Shown: positions 29,258-39,832, counted from the first letter of the stretch. The stretch is DNA of 61,895 bases from an uncultured Clostridia bacterium (GCA_964591515.1 CAZQBW010000003.1:1-61895), one strand, 5' to 3'. Numbers and translations are program-made. Notes: generated by a model from the letters alone, not told the origin.

Positions 29258-30261
29258 CTATCCCCGATCGCGCAGCGCTGCGAGCAGGAGCGTCGCCGCG
29301 CCTGAATCGATCGCTTCCTCGGCCCGGCGGGCGCCGTCGTCGAGCGACTCGGCCGCTCCGCCTACCAGAAGCCCGGCTGCCGCGTTGAGCACGACGATGT
29401 CGCGTCGCCCGTCGCGGATCCTGCCGTCGAGGATGGCGGCGAGGACCGCAGCATTGTCCTCCGGCGAGCCGCCCCTGCAGGTTTCAAGGTCCGCGATCGG
29501 AAGTCCCGCATCGTCGGGCGAGACCTCGAAGGTCCCGACGACGGTGCCGTCGCGCACGTCGGCGACGAGCGTCGAGCCGCTGATCGACAGCTCGTCGAGG
29601 CCGTCGCCGTGGACGATCCACGCCCGTTCGACGCCGAGGCGCGCTGCAACCTCTGCAATCCGTTCGACCGCGGAGGCAGTACCGACTCCGATGATCTGTC
29701 GAGGCGCCCGAGCAGGGTTCGTCAGCGGTCCAAGCAGGTTGAAAGCTGTCCGGATGCCGAGCTGCCGACGAACGTCGCCCACACGCCTGGTCGCGGCGTG
29801 GTACTTCGGTGCGAACATGAAGCAGATGCCGAGCTCGTCGAGGCTCGAGCCGGCGGCGTCGGCATCGCTGTCGATCGGAATCCCGAGCGCCGCCAGCACG
29901 TCGGCGCTTCCGGATCGCGACGAGGCTGCGCGATTTCCGTGCTTGGCAACCGGAAGTCCTGCCGCGGCGATCACGAACGCGGCAGTCGTAGAGATGTTGA
30001 ACGTGCCGGAGCCGTCGCCTCCGGTCCCGGCCGTATCGAGAAAGACCTGGTGGCGCGTCTGTACCGGTATCGCGCGTTCGCGAATCGCGCCCGCAAGGCC
30101 GGCTAGCTCCTCGGAGGTTTCGCCTTTCATGGCGAGGGCGACGAGAGCCGCTCCTAGCTGCGCATCCGTCACCTCTTCGTCGACGAAGCATTGGACGAGG
30201 GCAGCGGCTTCGTCTCTCGTCAGGTCTTCGCGCGCGGCGAGCCGGGCAAGCAGCGGGAGGA

Positions 30262-30265
<4 letters not shown>
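29258..30265 (-). CDS. trpD: Anthranilate phosphoribosyltransferase
   Basis: [47 protein letters not shown]. Confidence 0.96.
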
Positions 30266-30846
<581 letters not shown>

Positions 30847-30904
30847 GGCCCCGAGATCCTAATTCGTCTGCGGCCGGGAACGCAAAGCGGCCCCGGGCGC
30901 GCGT

Positions 30905-30933
30905 TTGACAGCGTGAAGCGATGAACCTATCGT
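30905..30933 (+). promoter_or_regulatory. Sigma70-type promoter TTGACA-17-TATCGT
   Basis: Canonical -35 and 17-bp spacer, 65 nt upstream of the zinc-ribbon gene. Confidence 0.65.
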
Positions 30934-30997
30934 TTCCCCGCGGCGTAGGACGCAGTGTTCCCGACCCAGAGTGAGCGCGGTGGAGGCAAGTTCGGCG

Positions 30998-31504
30998 ATG
31001 TATTGCATTGACTGCGGCACCCAGAATCTAGACTCGACGCGGTACTGCAGCCGGTGCGGATCGAACCTGGAGGTTCTTCGCACCGCGCTGACTCAGCCTC
31101 TCACGCAGGAATCGACGTCGCTGATTGGCCAACGCCACGTTGGGGCGATCCTGGCCGTGACCGCGCTGATTGGCATCGTTGGCTTCTGTGCGGTTTTCGG
31201 ATCGATAATCGCGCTCTCGGACATTCTCAGTCCGCGGATCGGCGGCGGTATCGTTCCGGTCATCCTGTTTGCCGGCGGCTTCGGCGTGTTCGGTCTCGTG
31301 ATGATCATCCGGATGCTGCTTGGGCTGCTGAACGGGGCGAAGGCCGCTGTGCCGACCGGACCGCTCGCGGCGAGGCTTGCGGCGCCTCCCCAGCAGGTGG
31401 CCTTGCCGCCCTCGGCGTTCAGGCAACCCGTTCCGAGCGTTGTCGAGCACACGACGGCGAGACTCGGGAACTACGCGCCTCCGGCTGACGAACGCGAGCG
31501 GTAG
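30998..31504 (+). CDS. Zinc-ribbon membrane protein (168 aa)
   Basis: MYCIDCG...YCSRCG, two TM helices, Pro-rich tail ending PVPSVVEHTTARL; GGAGG RBS. Confidence 0.8.
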   Translation: MYCIDCGTQNLDSTRYCSRCGSNLEVLRTALTQPLTQESTSLIGQRHVGAILAVTALIGIVGFCAVFGSIIALSDILSPRIGGGIVPVILFAGGFGVFGLVMIIRMLLGLLNGAKAAVPTGPLAARLAAPPQQVALPPSAFRQPVPSVVEHTTARLGNYAPPADERER

Positions 31505-31534
31505 GCGGTCGCACCTCGACTTACCGATCGTGGG

Positions 31535-31566
31535 ACTACCCGGTCGCTTGCGCTCCCGGGACTGAT
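31535..31566. repeat. Single REP-like unit
   Basis: ACTACCCGGTCGCTTGCGCTCCCGGGACTGA resembles the TCGCT..CGCTC core of the 11587 repeat. Confidence 0.45.
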
Positions 31567-31723
31567 CCGACGGCCGACGGGCGAGGCTGAAGATTGCACG
31601 CCCTCTCTTTCTTCACGTCTCGTGAAGAGTTCTTGCGACAACGGCGGGAATCCGGCCTGTTTTCGGGCATTCTTTACTGGCACGCGAGTCGCTATGCCGA
31701 TGGCCACCCAGGAGGTGACCATC

Positions 31724-31978
31724 GTGTGGCAGACATTTCTGACGATCATCGGACTCGCGATTCTCGGAGCGGCAACGGCGCAGATCCTTCTCCTGATGGC
31801 GCGATCCGGCCGGCAGGCGACGCGCGAATGGACGCTTGCGATCCGGCACGAGCGGCGCGCCGCAGAGGCTCGCGTGAGCGCCGAACGCTTGCGGGCGCGC
31901 GTTCGCAGTGACGCGGCCACTTGCGGTATGCGCGACGTGATTGCGCGCGGCCGGGACAGCACGGGCACGCGCGAGTGA
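31724..31978 (+). CDS. Small membrane-anchored hypothetical protein (84 aa)
   Basis: GGAGGT RBS, GTG start, N-terminal hydrophobic helix, Arg-rich tail. Confidence 0.45.
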   Translation: MWQTFLTIIGLAILGAATAQILLLMARSGRQATREWTLAIRHERRAAEARVSAERLRARVRSDAATCGMRDVIARGRDSTGTRE

Positions 31979-32074
31979 TCGCGTCGACGCGAAGTCGACC
32001 ATCGACGCGGCAATCTCTGACGGGATCGATGGAGTGTTATTGACGGCCTTTGCCAAGAGGCGCAGGATGCCAAA

Positions 32075-34132
32075 ATGAGCTCCTCACGAACCGTCCGGTT
32101 GCCCGCAGCGAGTCGGCATGTTGCATCCCTCGTCTGCATAGCGCTGCTGCTTTCGTTGTCTGCGAATGCACAGCGACGTTCGCCATCGACCGCGGAGGTG
32201 AGTCCGCCTGCGATCATTGCGGGCCCGCTCGCGGAACGCGTGCCGGCCGACGTGAACTTCTACCTCGAATTGACGGGCGCCAGGTCGGATGCCGAGCGCG
32301 CCGGTGTCGCCGAAACCTACACATACCTGACGACGACCTTGGGCGGGCTGACCGGCGGATCCGCTCCCATCACTCTCGACGAGTTCCAGTTGCTTGCCGC
32401 GTCGAACATCGCCGTGAGCTTCCGGATGCCGACGACCTCGACTGAACGGTCGGCGTTTGGGTGGCTCGCCATCATTCGGGCGCCTTCGGCGTCGAATGCG
32501 GCGACCCTGGAGGCGAAGCTCCGCAGCCTCGTCGGCCCGCTCCCGACCGGCGCAAAGGCGCCTCGCGGCGTCACGGTGCGCGGGCGCAAGGTCGTACCGC
32601 TTTCGAGTTCGACCTCGAGCGACAGTCCGTATTGCTCGGTTGCCGGCGAATCGATCCTGATCGGCGACCGTGTCTCGATCGAAAAGGCGCTGGTCGAATC
32701 GTCGTCACCGGCATCGGCGTCATTGGCGGCAACCGAGCTCTACCGCGACGGTCGGGCGCGCGTCGGGAACGACGCGGGGTTGTTTTCGCTGATGAAGCTC
32801 CCGAAGGATCTGTTCGGGAAGCCGGATCCGGAAGGCGCTGAGCCTTCGCTGGCGACGCTTTTCGGCGTGCAGAGCCTGCGTGGCATCGTGTCGGGCTCGG
32901 AACCGTGGACGCCGGGTGCGCCGGGCGTGACGGTCATTGCGATTGAGGGAGAAGCTCGAAATCTGCTCACGATCCTTGCTGGTGGCCCGGCGGTCACGTT
33001 GCGTCCAGCGCAGATGCTGCCGTCGGATACCGGCATCGTGACGTCATTCGCCCTCGACCTTACGGCGATCGAAGCCCTGCTGCGATCTTCGAAGGCAGCA
33101 AAGCAGGCGGGGTTCGACGTCGCCGAGTTGGAACGGCAGCTGGGTATCAGCGTGCGCGATCAACTGCTGCCGGCGCTGGGAAGCGAGTTCACGGTCGGCG
33201 TTCGGTTCGATAATCCGTCGGCAACCATGACGATGGATAGCAGCGGCACGGCGCAATCTTCGAGCCCAGCTCCTGAGGTGAAGGCGGTCTTGCTCGTCGA
33301 CGTGAAGCAGCCCGACGTCGTTCGGACTGCGTTCGAGCGGGCCTTGACGGCCGCCACGCCGGGCGAACTGACGGTTCGTGACGTCGGCGGGGTACGCCTC
33401 GCCTCGGCCGGTCGGACCGCGGTCGCTGTCGTCGACGGTGTCGCGATGGTTGGCGAGCCGGCGGAAGTGGAGCGTGTGCTGCTTGCGAGGTCGGTACAAC
33501 AGACGCTTGGCACGTCGCGTGAGTTGGACGAATCGAAGGGTCGACTCGATGCCGACACTATCGCGATCTACCATCCGACTCCCGCGCTCAAGGACTCGCT
33601 GTCGACCTACGCCTCCTCGATGGGCGTCCTCATGAACGGCTCCGCGATGGGGATGTGGAACCTCGCGGACACGGTCGTCCGCCGTGAGCCGCTTGGAATC
33701 GCGGTGACGGCCAGCGGAGGCTCGGCGTTTTCGGTAGCCGCGATCGGAGTCATCGCGGCGATCGCCATTCCGAGCCTTCTGAGGGCAAGGGGTGCGGCGA
33801 ACGAGTCGGCGGCCATCGGGACGCTGCGATCGCTCGTGAGTGCCCAATACGCGTTTCACGCCACCAAGGGCCGCTACGTCAGGTACGGCAATATGGCCGA
33901 GCTGGTGGCTGCCGACTTGATAAGCCCCGAACTCTTCAATGGCGTCGAGCGGAATGGCTACATTTTCCGCGAGGTGCGACCGACTCCGAAGACGTTCGAG
34001 TTCTCGGCAACACCGGTCGGCGCTACGACGGGTGACCGCTCCTACAACGTCATAGAGGACGGCGTCATTCGATGGAGCGACTCGAAGGTGCCGCCCCGGC
34101 GAAAGGCCGGCAAGCCGCTGGGCACGCCCTAG
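32075..34132 (+). CDS. Exported DUF3352-like protein fused to a C-terminal type IV pilin-like domain (685 aa)
   Basis: Signal peptide; lipoprotein-scaffold-like body; C-terminal GVIAAIAIPSLLRARGAANESAAIGTLRSL...RYGNMAEL...GYIF pilin signature. Confidence 0.7.
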   Translation: MSSSRTVRLPAASRHVASLVCIALLLSLSANAQRRSPSTAEVSPPAIIAGPLAERVPADVNFYLELTGARSDAERAGVAETYTYLTTTLGGLTGGSAPITLDEFQLLAASNIAVSFRMPTTSTERSAFGWLAIIRAPSASNAATLEAKLRSLVGPLPTGAKAPRGVTVRGRKVVPLSSSTSSDSPYCSVAGESILIGDRVSIEKALVESSSPASASLAATELYRDGRARVGNDAGLFSLMKLPKDLFGKPDPEGAEPSLATLFGVQSLRGIVSGSEPWTPGAPGVTVIAIEGEARNLLTILAGGPAVTLRPAQMLPSDTGIVTSFALDLTAIEALLRSSKAAKQAGFDVAELERQLGISVRDQLLPALGSEFTVGVRFDNPSATMTMDSSGTAQSSSPAPEVKAVLLVDVKQPDVVRTAFERALTAATPGELTVRDVGGVRLASAGRTAVAVVDGVAMVGEPAEVERVLLARSVQQTLGTSRELDESKGRLDADTIAIYHPTPALKDSLSTYASSMGVLMNGSAMGMWNLADTVVRREPLGIAVTASGGSAFSVAAIGVIAAIAIPSLLRARGAANESAAIGTLRSLVSAQYAFHATKGRYVRYGNMAELVAADLISPELFNGVERNGYIFREVRPTPKTFEFSATPVGATTGDRSYNVIEDGVIRWSDSKVPPRRKAGKPLGTP

Positions 34133-34302
34133 GAACATCGACGCGCGCGAAATACTGTCGCGGCGTGCGAGCTCGGATTGAACCGCCCGGTCCAGAAGGT
34201 GCAACGGCGGCAGTGCCTCCACTGCCGCCGCAGGTTCAGCCGCCTGTACTCAGCGGGCCCGGCCAACCTATACCGCCCGGCTCGCACCGGGGCGGGGGGT
34301 TC

Positions 34303-35637
34303 TCATCTTCGCTTGCGGATGAGAACTACGTCTTCGCCGATGAACGGTCTGCCGTCATAGGTGGTTCCCGTGATCGAAATCACGAGGCACTGCCCGTCAG
34401 TAACGGTCCCCAGTGCGCGCACGACGTCGCGATTGTCGAACCGGAACTGGATGTCAAGGAACCCATCGCGACCTTGGTTCGTGCAATCCGTCGTGCAGTT
34501 CAACCTTCCGAGGAACGGAACATACGGCGTCGCCACATCGCCGAAATGCTGTCGAAATGGCTCGACACCGGCCAGTCGCACAGTGTCCGGATCGATCGTC
34601 CGGACATCGAAGTCGCTCGTGCCAAGAATCGCGGCATTGAGGAAGCCGCCTACGTTTGCATTGACTCTGCTGGGGCAGTCCCTGGGCTCGATGTCGAGCG
34701 CGATCGGCCTAGGCTGACTGCAGTCGACGAAGTCTGACATCTCGTGGTGGACAGCGCCTGTGCAGAACGGGCTGAGGATGTATGCCGAGCCGTTCCACGA
34801 CAGGACTTTCACTCCGGCCCCGGACTCGCTAGCCACTAGCGCGCTGCCGCCGAGTCCGGCGAAATCAGACTGCGGATATGCAACGACGCCAACTTGAAGC
34901 GCGGCCGTAAAGTAGGACAGTCCTGTGCCGTCCAGCGTGCAAAGGTCCTCAGGTACGAAATGGACTCGTCCCGGCGTGTCGAACGGGACAACCATTGTGT
35001 AACCCCCAGTTGGCGCCATAGCCATCACGTAGCCGCTGTTCGCTCCTGCGAAGAGGAATCCACCATACGGGCCAAATGACATCGGAGCGACGTCGGGACC
35101 CTCGACCCGCTCGTTGAATCCACCGAGCATCGTCACGGTGCCAGCAGGGCTGACTCGGTAAACCATGTATCCCCCGATGACGAGCATGTCGTATCCGAAC
35201 GAACCCACCTTGTCGAAAACGAGGCCGCTCACGGCGGTCGGAATCATTGCGAACTGGCTTACGGTCGTACCGTCCGGGCTGATCTTGTAGATGTACGTAC
35301 CCTGGGTCGCAAAAACGTACCCGGGGGCCCATCCGCCCATGCCGGACGAGAAGTGAAGGTCGTCCTCGAGGCAGCCTGGCTCACGAGGCGGGAGCGTCGC
35401 GAAGACCGTGACGTTGCCAGCGCTGTCAATCTGCTTGATCTGGCGCGGGTTGTCACAGAAGGTCATCACGAGAACGCGCTCCGGACTCGCAGCGACTGCG
35501 ATCGGATCGGCCATCGGACAGAAAATAGTCGGATTGCCTGCTTTCGTGACAATACTTCCAACTCCGATTGTGAAGAGGACGGCTGCGCACGACGCAAGAA
35601 TCCGCGTGGTGAAGGTCTGCATTCTGATGCGTTTCAT
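34303..35637 (-). CDS. Secreted beta-propeller-like protein with C-terminal beta-sandwich (444 aa)
   Basis: GGAGG RBS; signal ending VTKA; repeated blades; C-terminal AILGTSDFDVRTIDPDTVRL...DGFLDIQFRF module. Confidence 0.75.
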   Translation of the reverse strand: MKRIRMQTFTTRILASCAAVLFTIGVGSIVTKAGNPTIFCPMADPIAVAASPERVLVMTFCDNPRQIKQIDSAGNVTVFATLPPREPGCLEDDLHFSSGMGGWAPGYVFATQGTYIYKISPDGTTVSQFAMIPTAVSGLVFDKVGSFGYDMLVIGGYMVYRVSPAGTVTMLGGFNERVEGPDVAPMSFGPYGGFLFAGANSGYVMAMAPTGGYTMVVPFDTPGRVHFVPEDLCTLDGTGLSYFTAALQVGVVAYPQSDFAGLGGSALVASESGAGVKVLSWNGSAYILSPFCTGAVHHEMSDFVDCSQPRPIALDIEPRDCPSRVNANVGGFLNAAILGTSDFDVRTIDPDTVRLAGVEPFRQHFGDVATPYVPFLGRLNCTTDCTNQGRDGFLDIQFRFDNRDVVRALGTVTDGQCLVISITGTTYDGRPFIGEDVVLIRKRR

Positions 35638-36019
35638 CGGAGTTTCCTCCCGTCCCTGGCAATCCTTCCGCCAAGGGCAGCTCTCCGCGGGTTCGACCAG
35701 TGTGTCGTGTACCGACACACCAGGATCCGCAGGGCTTACCTGACTTCATGCATCCAGCGGGCCATGGAGGGAACGCCACTGACTCGGCCGCTTGAGTGAA
35801 TGGAACCGACAATCGTGTAGTCGCAACTTGGAAACAAACGTAACCCTTTGTCCGGTTGGGAATGTTTTCACACATGGTGCGCGTAGGTGCGCAAAATGGG
35901 GAGGAAGGCAACATTTCCGGCACAGTCGCGTTACATTCCGAGGCGACCCGATAGAATGCAAAGAGCCCTGCGGAGCTTTGCAGGAATATGCGTGGATACG
36001 GTGACGGAGCCATTGCATG

Positions 36020-36097
36020 GAAACCTCGCCCGTGACCGTTGCCCGGAACCCTCGCCCGGAAACCTTGCCCGGAACCCTTGCCGGGACCCTAACCCGA
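36020..36097. repeat. Six tandem degenerate 13-bp units, consensus GAAMCCTYGCCCG
   Basis: GAAACCTCGCCCG / TGACCGTTGCCCG / GAACCCTCGCCCG / GAAACCTTGCCCG / GAACCCTTGCCGG / GACCCTAACCCGA. Confidence 0.8.
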
Positions 36098-36111
36098 GAC
36101 CAGTCGACGAA

Positions 36112-36330
36112 GCTTCCGAAGAGCGCCGGAGGCGCGAAAGAGCCCACGGCGTAAGCCGTGGGTAATCCGATGAAAGCCGGCTGAGCCCCAAGGGGCGAAA
36201 CAACCGCTGCAGGCGCGTGCGTTCTCGATGTATCGCCCCTGACGGGGCTCTCGCGTCGCTCGTCGATAATCCACGGCTTACGCCGTGGGCTCAGGCTCTT
36301 TCGCGCCTCGGCGCTCCTCGGAACAGACGC
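36112..36330. repeat. Nested REPIN-like palindrome
   Basis: Perfect 22-bp IR GAGCCCACGGCGTAAGCCGTGG (36140-36161 / 36271-36292), inner AGCCCC..GGGGCGA pair (36184-36198 / 36233-36249), outer imperfect arms. Confidence 0.85.
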
Positions 36331-36484
36331 GCCTTGGGCGCTCTTCGGAACAGAGCTCCCTCTGAGTTGAACACCCTGAACGAAACCGGCCACGGTTCTG
36401 TCGCAAAGTCCCCATGTCCTCGGGACTGCCCGTGACCGATTCGTCGCAACACGGAATGGGCCAGAATCACCTTCGCGTGCGTGG

Positions 36485-37591
36485 TCAGCGCTTCTCGATC
36501 GTGACCTTGCGGATCGTCACGGGTGCCGACAGCTTCTCGTTCACCGCCGGCTGCTTCGACATCGCCTCCGCAACGTCCATCCCGCTGACGACCTTCGCAA
36601 ACGGCGTGTATTTAGCGTCGAGATTCGCCGCGCGCGATACGAGCACAAAAAAATGCACGTTTCCGCTGTTCGCATCCGCCCCGTGCGCCATTCCGACGAT
36701 GCCGCGCTCGAATGGCACTGTCGTCGAGAACTCGTCCGGGACGTTCCAGATGCTGAAGCTGCGCTTGCGGTTCGGGCTGTCCTGCGGCCAGCCCTCAGCC
36801 GATGCCCCCTGAATGAGCAGTCCCGAGATCGCCCTGTAAATCGTCGCGCCGTCGTAGTAGCCCGCCCGCGCCAGCCCGATGAAGTTCCGCGCGTTCTCGG
36901 GCGCCGTCGGCAGGAAGTCCCACACGATCTCGCCCGCCGTCGTGTCGAGGCGCGCCCGCAGGGTGCCGATCTCTTCGGCCGGCGGACTGACGGGACGTAT
37001 CGTCACCTTCGTGATCACGACGCGCTCCTCGATCTTGTCGCCAATGCGCGGCAGCGCCGACACCTGCCTGACCACGTCCATGCCATCCGTCACCCGGGCG
37101 AACACCGAGAACTTGCCGTCCAGCTGCTGTTGCCAGGTGTCGCAGATGAAGAACTGCGTGCCCGAGCTGCCCGGAATCGGCGCTCCCGCCGGGTCGACGA
37201 GCATCACCGACGAGACCGCACCGGCAAGGTGTCTGAGCGAGCTCGTTTCGTCCGGCAGAAGTTTCAGGCCGCCCGTCCCGTAGAGCGACTTCTTCTTCGG
37301 ATCCTTCGACAGCGGATCACCGCCCTGCACGATCGCGTACGGAATCGCACGGTGGAAAGTGGTGCCGTCGAATCCACCAGCGCGCGCGGTTTCGATGAAG
37401 TGCGCGACGTGACGGGGCGCTTCCTTCGGAAAGAAGCGGAGCGTGATCGTGCCCTTCGACGTCTCGACTACGGCCTCGAGCGTCGAAGCATCCTCCTGCG
37501 CGCGAGCGACCGCAGGAGCGAGCACGAGCGCCACGGCGAGCGCAAGGAACCGGAAGATCACCCGACCACATTTGACCCCTGGCTTGCTCAC
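36485..37591 (-). CDS. Exported peptidyl-prolyl cis-trans isomerase with two cyclophilin domains (368 aa)
   Basis: GTG overlaps the trpE stop (GTGA); signal peptide; FDGTTFHR..QGGDP..TQFFI and YYDGATIYR..HFFV..YTPFAKV. Confidence 0.88.
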   Translation of the reverse strand: MSKPGVKCGRVIFRFLALAVALVLAPAVARAQEDASTLEAVVETSKGTITLRFFPKEAPRHVAHFIETARAGGFDGTTFHRAIPYAIVQGGDPLSKDPKKKSLYGTGGLKLLPDETSSLRHLAGAVSSVMLVDPAGAPIPGSSGTQFFICDTWQQQLDGKFSVFARVTDGMDVVRQVSALPRIGDKIEERVVITKVTIRPVSPPAEEIGTLRARLDTTAGEIVWDFLPTAPENARNFIGLARAGYYDGATIYRAISGLLIQGASAEGWPQDSPNRKRSFSIWNVPDEFSTTVPFERGIVGMAHGADANSGNVHFFVLVSRAANLDAKYTPFAKVVSGMDVAEAMSKQPAVNEKLSAPVTIRKVTIEKR

Positions 37592-39096
37592 AGTCCCTCC
37601 TCCGCCAACTCGATCGCGCGCATCATTGCGCGAGCCTTGTTGATCGTCTCGATGTACTCGTTCGTCGGCTGCGAGTCGGCGACGATCCCGGCGCCGACCT
37701 GCAGGTACGCCTTTCCGCCTTTGACGAGCAGAGTCCTGATCGCGATGCACGAGTCGAGGTTTCCCGTGTAGTCCACGTAGAAGACCGTGCCGGAATACAC
37801 GCTCCTGTGATCGGGCTCCAGCTCGTCGATGATCTGCATCGCCCGGATTTTCGGAGCGCCCGAGACCGTTCCGGCGGGGAAACACGCCGCCAGCGCATCG
37901 AACCGGTCGCTGCCGGGCCTGAGCCGGCCCTTGATGCCCGAGACGAGATGCATCACGTGGCTGTACCGCTCGACCGTCATCAACTCGGTCACTTCGACCG
38001 AACCGTAGTCGCAGACGCGTCCAAGGTCGTTGCGTCCGAGGTCGACGAGCATCACGTGCTCGGCCGTTTCCTTCTCGTCGGTCCGCAGTTCCTCGCCGAG
38101 CAGCATGTCTTCAACGTCAGTCGCGCCGCGGGGGCGGGTGCCCGCGATCGGCCGATAGTCCACTCGCCGGCCCGTGCACCGCACGAGCATCTCGGGCGAA
38201 GCGCCTAGCAGCGTCGTGTCGCCGAGCTTGAGGTAGAACATGTACGGCGACGGGTTCACGATGCGCAGGGCGCGATAGATCTGGAACGGATGGACGCCAG
38301 TAGTGATCTGGATCCGTTGCGACAGGACGACCTGGAAGATGTCGCCGGCCGTGATGTACTCCTTCGCGCGCTCGACGGCGGCCTCGAAGTCCTGGCGCCG
38401 GAAGTTCGACCGTGTGCGGTTCTTCTCACCGGCGAAGTCGTCCGGGACGTCGACCTGATCCTCGAGCATCGCCTCGATTTCGGCGATCCGGTCGAGCGCG
38501 GTCTGGTATTCGGACTCGAGACCTTCCTTGCGACCTTCGGTGAAGACGTTCGAGACAATGACCATTTCCTGACGTGCGTGGTCAAAGGCCACCAGCGTCG
38601 CGAAGAAGGCCATGATCGCGTCGTCGACACCTGTCTCGTCGGTATGGCGGTCCGGCAGCTTCTCGAACCAGTGAATCGCGCCGTAACCCATGAAGCCGAC
38701 CGCGCCACCCGAGAACGGCGGAAGATCGTCGACCTTCACGGGGACGAATCGGCCCGCGTGACGACGCATCGCGACGAGCGGCGGCGTGTCTTCTTCGCGC
38801 CGTTCTCCGTTCTCCTCCGTCCACACCTTGCCGTCCTTGCAATGAAGGAGCATGTGCGGCCGGGTGCCGAGGAACGAATAGCGGGCGACTTTCTCGCCGC
38901 CCTCCACCGACTCGAGCAGGAACGCGTGCGACGCCCGCCCGGCGATCCGGAGGAAAGCAGACACAGGCGTCATAAGGTCGGCCGTGACGCGCTTGACTAC
39001 CGGCACGACGGTGCCCTGCTGACAAAGTTCGAGAAACGCCTCGTAGTCAGGCGGCGTCGTGCGGTGGCGCTTCGGGCCCTCGGAGAAATGCTCCAC
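37588..39096 (-). CDS. trpE: Anthranilate synthase component I (502 aa)
   Basis: LLESVEGGEKVARYSF, AGDIFQVVLSQR, NPSPYMFY, ASPEMLV, PIAGTRPRG, EHVMLVDLGRND, GAGIVADS. Confidence 0.95.
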   Translation of the reverse strand: MEHFSEGPKRHRTTPPDYEAFLELCQQGTVVPVVKRVTADLMTPVSAFLRIAGRASHAFLLESVEGGEKVARYSFLGTRPHMLLHCKDGKVWTEENGERREEDTPPLVAMRRHAGRFVPVKVDDLPPFSGGAVGFMGYGAIHWFEKLPDRHTDETGVDDAIMAFFATLVAFDHARQEMVIVSNVFTEGRKEGLESEYQTALDRIAEIEAMLEDQVDVPDDFAGEKNRTRSNFRRQDFEAAVERAKEYITAGDIFQVVLSQRIQITTGVHPFQIYRALRIVNPSPYMFYLKLGDTTLLGASPEMLVRCTGRRVDYRPIAGTRPRGATDVEDMLLGEELRTDEKETAEHVMLVDLGRNDLGRVCDYGSVEVTELMTVERYSHVMHLVSGIKGRLRPGSDRFDALAACFPAGTVSGAPKIRAMQIIDELEPDHRSVYSGTVFYVDYTGNLDSCIAIRTLLVKGGKAYLQVGAGIVADSQPTNEYIETINKARAMMRAIELAEEGL

Positions 39097-39097
39097 G

Positions 39098-39832
39098 TCA
39101 GCCCTCCCGCACCGTGACGCCGTACTTCGGATCCGGCCGCCGCCCGGCGCGTTCCGCGAGCTCGCGGCAGACATCCGTGAGACCGAGGCCGCGTTCGACC
39201 ATCAGAACGAGCAGGTGGTAGAAGAGGTCGGACAGCTCCGACGTAAGCTCCTTCGCCGAGCCGTTCTTTGCCGCAATGACCGTCTCGGTGGCTTCCTCGC
39301 CGACCTTCTTCAGGATCTTGTCGAGACCGCTGTTGAAGAGGTAGGTCGTGTACGAGTTCTCTGGCCGCTCCGCTTCGCGCATTCGAATGAGCGTGTAGAG
39401 GTCATTGAAGAGAATGCCGACCTCCATCGAGTCCACGTCCACGACGGAGACCGAGCGTTCAGGAGCCGCGACCGCCATTACAATCGGGCTCGCGTGGGGT
39501 GCCTGGGGCGGTGCACCGGCAAGCGGCCGGTAGAAACACGAGTCCTCGCCGGTGTGGCAAGCGGGTCCGTCGCGGTCGACACGAACGAGCAGGGTGTCGC
39601 CGTCGCAGTCGAGCCGCAGCTCGACGACCCGCTGCCGGTTTCCGGACGAAGCGCCCTTGTTCCAGAGCTCCTGGCGCGATCGGCTCCAGAACCATGTCTC
39701 GCCAGTCTGGAGCGTGCGTGCCAGACTTTCGGCGTTCATCCACGCGACCATGAGGACATCTCCGGTGAGATGGTCCTGCACCACGGTCGGCACCAGCCCC
39801 TGCTCGTCGAATCGGATCGTCTCGAGTTCCAT
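39098..39832 (-). CDS. hisIE: Bifunctional phosphoribosyl-AMP cyclohydrolase / phosphoribosyl-ATP pyrophosphatase
   Basis: [29 protein letters not shown]; [18 protein letters not shown]. Confidence 0.95.
   Translation of the reverse strand: MELETIRFDEQGLVPTVVQDHLTGDVLMVAWMNAESLARTLQTGETWFWSRSRQELWNKGASSGNRQRVVELRLDCDGDTLLVRVDRDGPACHTGEDSCFYRPLAGAPPQAPHASPIVMAVAAPERSVSVVDVDSMEVGILFNDLYTLIRMREAERPENSYTTYLFNSGLDKILKKVGEEATETVIAAKNGSAKELTSELSDLFYHLLVLMVERGLGLTDVCRELAERAGRRPDPKYGVTVREG

Noticed and set aside
36020-36097. CRISPR array
   Set aside because: Units are contiguous 13-mers with no spacers, and no cas genes are present.
35746-36393. 215-aa minus-strand ORF and other ORFs crossing repeats (for example 5002..5349, 16015 5' extension, 27228 ORF 5' extension)
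   Set aside because: Translations of palindromic repeats (TESTESQRAQ, LCDSVLSV-type peptides recur), not genes.
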